A model generated the notes under the pieces. It made no database searches. It was not told the DNA's origin and saw only the letters and a program-made list of their open reading frames with translations. The position numbers and the translations under genes were made by a program. Source: Macrostomum lignano (taxonomy: Eukaryota). From it: 64,000 nt of DNA. Shown here one piece after another: positions 55,349 through 64,000 of the stretch (position 1 is its first letter; each line of letters starts with the position of its first letter). The DNA lies in NCBI GenBank assembly GCA_002269645.1, contig NIVC01003260.1, forward strand, positions 44,781 to 108,780. Direction: 5' to 3'.

Positions 55349-58300
55349 TCTATCTATCTATCTATCTATCTATCTATATATACTAAAGTTGACGTGTTGT
55401 TTGTCTGTCTGTCTGTGTGTGTGTGTGTGTGTGTGTGTCATTTCGACAACTCCTCCTTGAATAGTGGCAACTCAGCGTTGAAACTTATATGGGAAGATTG
55501 GAAATTATCCGAGGTCGGCTATAGGCTATTTTAATTCTGAAATTTTAATTTCTAAGATCCTCAAAAAAGCAGAAAACGGCGGTCTTGACCTTTGATAATC
55601 TTAATTGTCCCCTCTTTCTGCTTGGAGCTGAAAATTTGCATGAATTTCAAGTGATTGCGCCACAACTTTTCCCTATCTCTGCAGTGTATTTTCTCTCCAG
55701 TGGGGGATGGGGCGTTCTAAATGGCTGCCTGTGTACAATCGGACCCTGGCTCACTGGCTGACTGTATAGACAATTGCGCAAAGATTTGTGTTCTAATTTT
55801 CAATAGGCAGCCCTGTGATTTTGTTGAACCTTGAAATTCAATGCATAAACTTGCGGGCCTCTTTAGCAGGAAGTGAACGTACAATCGATATTTCAATGCT
55901 TTAAATCAGAAAGTTTCAAACGCAAACTGTTGCTCGAGTTTTTAACTTTGAGAGAAAAAATTTATATTGCTGGAAAGAACTTGCAAAGCTGATTTCAGGG
56001 ATATAAATTGTTTGCTTCAAATATGAAAACTAAAAGCTCTGCATTGCAAAAACTATTTCCATACTTTAAACTTTCTGCAAAGATTGTACTCATTTTGGCG
56101 AGAGGTGAGAGATAAAGTTGGGGGTTTCGACTTCTAACTGGCGCTGTGTATAGGAAGGGGGTCAGTTGCTTTGTATTGGAGGGTTGATTAGATTGCGCAA
56201 ACTTTTTGTTAACTTTAACTGAGACTTATACTGACTAACACAGAAATATATTGCGCAATCAATTGATTCAATTGGTTAGCTTTTTTATTTTCGGCCCTGT
56301 GTATTAGCTTGGCAGTGAAATTCAATGTACAAAATTGCGAGCCTCTCAGGCAAGCAGTCAGGAAATCAGTAAATTTCAAACGCTAACTGCTCCTTGAGTT
56401 TTAAACTTTGAGAGGAGAGACTTATATTGCTGGAAAGATCTTGCAACGCTGAGTTTAGGGATATAAGTTGTTTGCTTTAAATATGAAAAGAAAAAGCACC
56501 GCATTTAAAAAACTATTTCCATACTTTTAACTTTCTGCAAAAATTGTACTCAGTTTTGCGAGACGTAATAGATAAAGTTGGGGGACGGTTCAACTTCTCA
56601 CAGCCGCTGTGTATTGGAGGGTTGATTTAGATTGCGCAATGTTTTTGTTAACTTTAACTGAGACTGATACTGACTGACTGTGAAATCGGTTGCGCAATGA
56701 ATAGATTCAATTAATTCAATATTTTTATCAGTGCCTTTTAACACGAAGCTGTGCGTAGTTCTAACCCTAACCCTAACCCTAACCCTAACCCTAACCCTAA
56801 CCCTAACCAATGAATCCGGAGTTGAGTTGTTTGACGGAAAAAATTCGATTGAGTCCAGTTTAGCGGAGACGATTTCAATGTTTTAATTTTGACGGAGAGG
56901 ATTTCTGTTTCGTGGAAAGGATTTCGATGGTGTTCAGTTTCACGGAGAGGATTTCGATGATGTTCAGCTTCACGGAGAGGATTTCTGTTTAGCGGAGATA
57001 ATTTATGATTGATTTCTGCTTTATGGAGACGATTTTGATGGATTTAAGTTTCAAGGAAATGATTTCGAAGGAGTCCAGTTTCACGGAGAGGATTTCGATG
57101 GTTTTCATTTGCACGGACAGGATTTCTGCTTCGCGGAGAGGATCTTGATGGATTTGGCATCTTCAATCAGTCAGAGAAGATAGTAAAGAGAAGAATGAAA
57201 AGAGAAGAGAGATGAGATGATAGAAAACAGAGTAGAAATAAGTGGAGAGATTAGACATGACAGATGGGAGAGAAGAGGGGAGTAAGGCGGGAACGAAGGA
57301 GATAGAAGAGAAAAGGAGAGATATGAGAGAAGAGAGGAGACAAGAGACAGGAGAGGGTACAGACGAAAGACGAGGGAGAAGAGATAAATAAGAGAGTAGG
57401 GGTAGAGATGAGATGAGAGAGAGGAGAGAGAAGCGAGTCACGATAATAGCGAAGAGAGGAGAGAGTAGATATGAGAGACGTAAGAATCTTTGAGCTATGG
57501 TCTTTCAAAGGTTTTGTAAAGAATTTGGAGACGATTTGGAAGATGGGATTCAAGACATGGAATTTCAGTTGATGGATAATTCAGGGAATGGAATTCCGGT
57601 GATGGGAGTTTTTCCCCTTTCTCCTCCGGAGGAGGAGTTCCACTCGTCTTAATACTAAAGTTGGTGCGTTGTTTGTCCGTGTGTGTGTGTGTTTGTTGGA
57701 TAACTCCTCCTAGAATACTTGCAAGTCAGCGTTGAAACTTATGTGGGAAAACTGCAAATTTTCCGAGGATGGCTTTAGGCTATTTTAATCTTTTATTTTT
57801 ACATTTTAAGATCCCTAAAAAAGCAGAAAACGGCAATTCTGACCTTTGATAATCTTAATTGTACCCTCTTTCTGCTCGGAGCTGAAAATTTGCATGAATT
57901 TTGAGTGATTACGCCACAACTTTTTCCTATGTCGCCAGTGCATTTTCTCTCCTGTGGGGGAATGGGCGCGTTCTCATTGGCGGCGTGTGTACAATTGGAC
58001 CCTGGCTCACTGGCTGACTTTATAGACAATTGCGCAACTATTTGTGTTCTGTTTTTTAACAGGAAGCCCTGTGTATTTTTTGCACAGTGAAATTCAGTGC
58101 ATTTTAATGCATAAACTTGCGAGCATCTTTAGCAGGCAGTGAACGTACACTCGATATTTCAATGCTTAAAATCAGAAAGTTTCAAACACTAACTGTTGCT
58201 CGAGTTTTGAACTTAGAGAGGATAGACTTATATTGCTGGAAAGATCTTGCTGCGATGAGTTCGGGGATATAAGTTTTTTGCTTTAAATATGAAAATTAAA

Positions 58301-61300
58301 TTCACAGCATTCAAGAAAAGATTTTCATACTTTTAGCTTTCTGCAAAGATTTTGCTCATTTTGGAGTTCAATGGGGGTTCGACCGACCCCCCCCCCCCCC
58401 AATAGTTAGTAGGGGGGATTCAATTTCTAGCTGCACTGCGTATTGGAAGGGGGTCGGTTGCTGTGTATTGGAGGGCTGATTTAGATTGCGCAATCTTTTT
58501 GTTAACTTTAACCGACGCTGATACTGACTGCCTGAGAAATAAGTTGCGCAATTTAATTGGTTCAATGTTTTTACGGCGCCTTTCAACACGCAGCTGTGTG
58601 TAGCTCTAACCCTAACCCTAACCCTAACCAATGAATTCTGAGAGCTGGGCTGTTTGACGGAGAAATTTCGATTTAGTCCAGTTTCACGGAGAGGATTTCT
58701 ATTTCGCGGAGAATATTTCGATGGTGTTCAGTTTCACGGAGAGGATTTCGATAGTGTTCAGTTTCACGGAGACGATTTCTGTTGCGCGGAGAGGTGTTGG
58801 AAAATGGGATTCCGCTGATGGAGTTCAGGGAATGGAATTCCGCTGATTGGAGTTCTTCCCCTTTCTTCTCCGAAGGAGGAGTTGGCCTCGTCTATATATA
58901 CTAAAGTTGGTGCGATGTTTGTGTGTTTGTTTGTCTGTTGCATAACTCCTCCTAGAATACTTGCAACTCAGCGTTGAAACTTATATTGGAAAACTGCAAA
59001 TTTTCCGAGGATGGCTTTAGGCTATTTTAATCTTTCATTTTTACATTTTAAGATCCCTAAAAAAGCAGAAAACGGCGGTTTTGACCTTTGATAATCTTAA
59101 TTGTACCCTCTTTCTGCTTGGAGCTGAAAATTTGCATGAATTTTGAGCGATTGCGCCATAACTTTCTCCTATCTCTGCAGTGTATTTTCTCTCCAGTGGG
59201 GGATGGTCGCGTTCTCAGTGGCTGCGTGTGTACAATCGGACCCTAGCTCACTGGCTGATTGTATAGACAATTGCGCAACGATATGTGTTCTGATTTTCAA
59301 TAGGCTGCCCTGTGTAGTTTTGGACAGTGAAATTCAATGAATAAACTTGCGAGCCTCCCACTGCTGCAGGCAGTGAACGTACACTCGATATTTCAATGCT
59401 TTAAATCAGAAAATTTCAAATGCTAACTGTTGCTCGATTTTTAACTTTGAGAGGAGAGACTTATATTGCTGGCAAGATCTTGCAACGCTGAGTTCGGGGA
59501 TATAAGTTGTTTGCTTTAAATATGAAAAGAAAAAGCACAGCATTTGAAAACTATTTCCATACTTTTAACTTTCTGCAAAGATTGTACTTTAATCTGCAAA
59601 GATTGTTGGGGGGAGGGTTCAACTTCTCACTGCTGCTGTGTATTGGAGGGTTGATTTAGATTGCGCAATGTTTTTGTTAACTTTACCTGAGGCTGATACT
59701 GACTGACTGTGAAATCGGTTGCGCAATGAATTGATTCAATTAGTTCAATATTTTTATCTGTGCCTTTTAACACGAAGCTGTGCGTAGTTCTAACCCTAAC
59801 CCTAACCCTAACCCTAACCCTAATGAATCTGGCGAGTTAAGTTGTTTGACGGAAAAAATTCGATTAAGTCAAGTTTAGCGGAGACGATTTCAATGTTTAA
59901 ATTCTGACGGAGAAGATTTCTGTTTCGTGGAGAGGATTTCGATGATGTTCAGTTTCACGAAAGGATTTCCATGGTGTTCAGTTTCACGGAGAGGATTTCG
60001 ATCATGTTCAGCTTCACGGAGAGGCTTTCTGTTTCGCGGAGATAATTTATGATTGATTTCTGTTTTATGGAAACAATTTTGATGGATTTAAGTTTCAAGG
60101 AGAGGATTTCGAAGGAGTCCAGTTTCACTGAGAGGATTTCGATGGTTTTTAGTTGCACAGACAGGATTTTTGCTTCGCGGAGAGGATCTTGATGGATTTG
60201 GCATCTTCAATCAGTCAGAGAAGAGAGTAAAGAGAAGACTGAAAAGAGAAGAGAGAAGAGATGATAGAAAACAGAGTATAATTGAGTGGAGAGATTAGAC
60301 ATGACAGATTGGAGATGATAGGAGAGAGAATAGATGAGGGATAAGAGCGTACAGAGGCAATAGAAGAGAGGGGAGAGTAGAGGAGAAAGAAAGAGTGAGA
60401 TGAGGAGATGAGGGATGAGAGAGCAGGGGAGAGAGGAGACAGGAGAGAGTACAGACGAAAGACTAGGGAGAAGATATAAATAATGTAGTAAAGATGAGAG
60501 GAGAGAGAGGAGAGAGAAGCGAAAGGAGAAGAGAGTGAGGAGAGAGGAGAGAGATGAAAGGAGCAAGGAAAGGAGAAAAGAGAGAATGGAGAGAATAGAA
60601 AAGAGAGAAGAGAAGAGACAGGGGATAGTGAAAAGGAGGAAGAAAGATGGGAGACAAGAAAGTAGTGTCAGAGCGTATATGAAATATGAGAAATGAGAGC
60701 AGAGAGAAGAGAAAAGAGAAGAGAGAGAGAGGGTTAAGAGAGACGATAGATAAGTGAGTAGAGATGACATATGAGAGAGGAGAGAAGAGGGAGAGATAAG
60801 AGTGAAGAGAGGAGACAGAAGACAGGAGAAGGTACAGACGAAAGACGAGGGAGAAGAGATAAATAAGGGAGCAGGGGTAGAGATGAGATGAGAGAGAGGA
60901 GAGAGGAGATATGAGAGACTTGAGAGTCTTTGAGCTATGGTCTTTGAAAGATTTTGTAAAGAATTTGGAGACGATTTGGAAGATAGGGTTAAAGACATGG
61001 AATTTCAGTTGATGGATATTTCAGGGAATAGAATTCCGGTGATGGGAGTTCTTCCCCTTTCTCCTCCGAAGGAGGAGTTGGCCTCGTATATACTAAAGTT
61101 GACGCGTTGTTTGTCTGTCTGTCTGTGTGTCTGTCTGTCATTTCGACAACTCCTCCTTGAATAGTGGCAACTCAGCGTTGAAACTTATATGGGAAGATTG
61201 GAAATTATCCGAGGTCGGCTATAGGCTATTTTAATTCTGAAATTTTAATTTCTAAAATCCTCAAAAAAGCAGAAAACGGCGGTCTTGACCTTTGATAATC

Positions 61301-64000
61301 TTAATTGTCCCCTCTTTCTGCTTGGAGCTGAAAATTTGCATGAATTTCAAGTGATTGCGCCACAACTTTTCCCTATCTCTGCAGTGTATTTTCTCTCCAG
61401 TGGGGGATGGGGCGTTCTAAATGGCTGCCTGTGTACAATCGGACCCTGGCTCACTGGCTGACTGTATAGACAATTGCGCAAAGATTTGTGTTCTAATTTT
61501 CAATAGGCAGCCCTGTGATTTTGTTGAACGTTGAAATTCAATGCATAAACTTGCGGGCCTCTTTAGCAGGCAGTGAACGTACAATCGATATTTCAATGCT
61601 TTAAATCAGAAAGTTTCAAACGCAAACTGTTGCTCGAGTTTTTAACTTTGAGAGAAAAAATTTATATTGCTGGAAAGAACTTGCAAAGCTGATTTCAGGG
61701 ATATAAATTGTTTGCTTCAAATATGAAAACTAAAAGCTCTGCATTGCAAAAACTATTTCCATACTTTAAACTTTCTGCAAAGATTGTACTCATTTTGGCG
61801 AGAGGTGAGAGATAAAGTTGGGGGTTTCGACTTCCAACTGGCGCTGTGTATAGGAAGGGGTCAGTTGCTTTGTATTGGAGGGTTGATTTAGATTGCGCAA
61901 TGTTTTTGTTAACTTTAACTGAGACTGATACTGACTGACTGTGAAATCGGTTGCGCAATGAATTGATTCAATTAGTTCAATAGTTTATCAGTGCCTTTTA
62001 ACACGAAGCTGTGCGTAGTTCTAACCCTAACCCTAACCCTAACCAATGAATCCGGAGAGTTGAGTTGTTTGACGGAAAAAATTGATTGAGTCCAGTTTAG
62101 CGGAGACGATTTCAATGTTTTAATTTTGACAAAGAGGATTTCTGTTTCGTGGAGAGGATTTCGATGGTGCTCAGTTTCACGGAGAGGATTTTGATGATGT
62201 TCAGCTTCACGGAGAGGATTTCTGTTTCGCGGAGTTAAATTTATGATTGATTTCTGCTTTATGGAGACGATTTTGATAGATTTAAGTTTCAAGGAGAGGA
62301 TTTCGAAGGTGTTCAGTTTCACGGAGAGGATTTCGAAGGTGTTCAGTTTCACGGAGAGGATTTCGATGATGTTCAGCTTCACGGAGAGGATTTCTGTTTC
62401 GCGGAGATAATTTATGATTGATTTCTGTTTTATGGAGACGATTTTGATGGATTTAAGTTTCAAGGAGAGGATTTCGAAGGAGTCCAGTTTCACGGAGAGG
62501 ATTTCGATGGTTTTCAGTTGCACGGACAGGATTTCTGCTTCGCGGAGAGGATCTTGATGGATTTGGCATCTTCAATCAGTCAGAGAAGAGAGTAAAGAGA
62601 AGAATGAAAAGAGAAGAGAGATGAGATGATAGAAAACAGAGTAGAAATGAGTGGAGAGATTAGACATGACAGATGGGAGAGAAGAGGAAAGTAAGGCGGG
62701 AACGAAGGAGAGAGAAGAGAAGAGGAGAGAGGAGATGAAGGGAGAGGATATGAGAGAGGAGATATGAGATTGCAGAGAGGAGACAGGATGGAGAAGAAAG
62801 GAGGGACAAGAGCGTACAGAGGCAATAGAAGAGAGGAAAGAGAGGAGAGAGGTGAGAGGTGAGAGGAGAGAGATGAAAGATCAGAGATCAGAGATTTAAG
62901 AGAAGAAAGTAGTGAGGAGAAAGAAGAGGGTAAAGATGAGAGTGCAGAGAGGAGAGAAACGAGAGGAGACAGGTGGTAGAAAGGAGTGTAAAAACAGCAG
63001 ATAAGAAAGGGGAGGGTGAGAGTGAGAGCATATAGGAAAGTGTAAAAGGGGAGCAGAGGAGAGAGAATATATAAGTGAGTAGAGAAGAGATATGAGAGAG
63101 GAAAGACGAGGGGAGAGAGGAGACAGGAGAGAGTAAATTTGAAAGACCTGGGAGAAGAGATAAAAAAGATAGTACAGATGAGAGGAGAGAGAGAGAGGAG
63201 AGATGAGAGATGCAATGAGAAAAGAGATGAGTGAGAAAATAAGAGAGAGAAGAGATTAGAGATTAGAGAAGAGATGAGGGGAGATGAGAGTAGAGAAGAG
63301 AGAATGGAGAGGAGAGAAAAGAGAAGAGAGGAGACAGGTGATGCAGTAGAAAGGAGGGAAGAAAGATGGGAGATAAGAAAGGAGAGGGTGAGAGCGTATA
63401 AGAGATACGAGAAATGAGAGCAGAGAGAAGAGAGAAAAGAAGAGAGAAAGTAGAGCGGAGACGATAGATAAGTGATTAGAGATTAGATATGAGAGAGGAG
63501 AGAAAAGGGAGAGATAAGATAGAAGATAGGAGAGTAGACAGGATAGGGTACAGACGAAAGACGAGGGAGAAGAGATAAATAAGGGAGTAGAGATAAATAA
63601 GAGAGTAGGGGTAGAGATGAGATGAGAGAGAGGAGAGAGAAGCGAGTCACGATAATAGCGAAGAGAGGAGAGAGTAGATATGAGAGACGTAAGAGTCTTT
63701 GAGCTATGGTCTTTGAAAGATTTTGTAAAGAATTTGGAGACGATTTGGAAGATAGGGTTAAAGACATGGAATTTCAGTTGATGGATATTTCAGGAATAGA
63801 ATTCCGGTGATGGGAGTTCTTCCCCTTTCTCCTCCGAAGGAGGAGTTCCACTCGTCTTAATACTAAAGTGGTCGTTGTTTGTCTGTATGTATGTCATCTA
63901 ATACTAAGTGTGTGCGTTGTTTGTTTGTTTGTTTGTCTGTTTCGTTTGCTATATATCTCCTCCTAGAACTACGTGCAAGTCAGCGTTGAAACTTATATGG
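55349..64000 (+). mobile_element. Head-to-tail tandem array of non-autonomous Helitron/Helentron-like elements; units about 55373-57646, 57647-58890, 58891-61086, 61087-63854, 63855-end
   Basis: Each unit starts T(C)..ATACTAAAG, followed by a GTYT/GTGT microsatellite and AACTCCTCC. Each ends with the hairpin CTCCTCC-GAA/GGA-GGAGGAG, then about 10 nt to CTCG. Junctions read CTCG|TC in three of four cases. There is no TSD between units and no transposase ORF. Confidence 0.72.
56761..56808 (-). repeat. (TTAGGG)~8 tract inside Helitron-like unit 1; homologous tracts at 58607-58629, 59790-59823, 62021-62045
   Basis: CTAACC arrays at the same position in every complete unit, between ...GCTGTGYGTAG(T/C)T and AATGAAT. 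Confidence 0.93.

Noticed and set aside
59955-63767. ORFs in the terminal array (EILSVKL repeats, Leu/Ser-rich)
   Set aside because: They are translations of the ~30-bp internal minisatellite and GA-rich tracts; there are no Rep or helicase motifs.

Overview
Eukaryotic (animal) genomic DNA with GC-rich spliced exons, GT-AG introns loaded with tandem repeats, and TTAGGG telomere motifs. The style suggests a Macrostomum-like flatworm, but that is an inference only. The + strand carries a three-exon secreted precursor with a coding (KAGKP)n polycation (2075-4404) and a two-exon, probably tail-anchored protein with a PP1-type RVxF motif (7651-9412). It also carries an eight-exon gene (10568-19114) that appears to join a complete tetraspanin (4 TM, CCG/PxSC loop) in frame to a complete DC-STAMP/DCST (sneaky/SPE-42-type) protein with a C-terminal C4C4 RING-like finger; this is the top candidate novelty. 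The - strand carries MTHFR (26119-21299, 5 coding exons) and a low-complexity, tentatively La-related RNA-binding gene (36558-31692) with a second alternative first coding exon at 38407-38297. Mobile DNA includes a CORE-SINE, three hAT-type MITEs with 8-bp TSDs and a full-length 10.4 kb Gypsy LTR element (41087-51524, GTCA TSD). That element has a tRNA-Leu PBS duplicated inside its LTRs and a long integrase extension. From about 55.35 kb to the end lies a head-to-tail array of non-autonomous Helitron/Helentron-like units, each carrying telomeric repeats. Several single-base indels in G/C runs break otherwise intact genes and look like long-read consensus errors. All exon structures were derived by hand from splice signals and reading-frame phase; no database searches were run.
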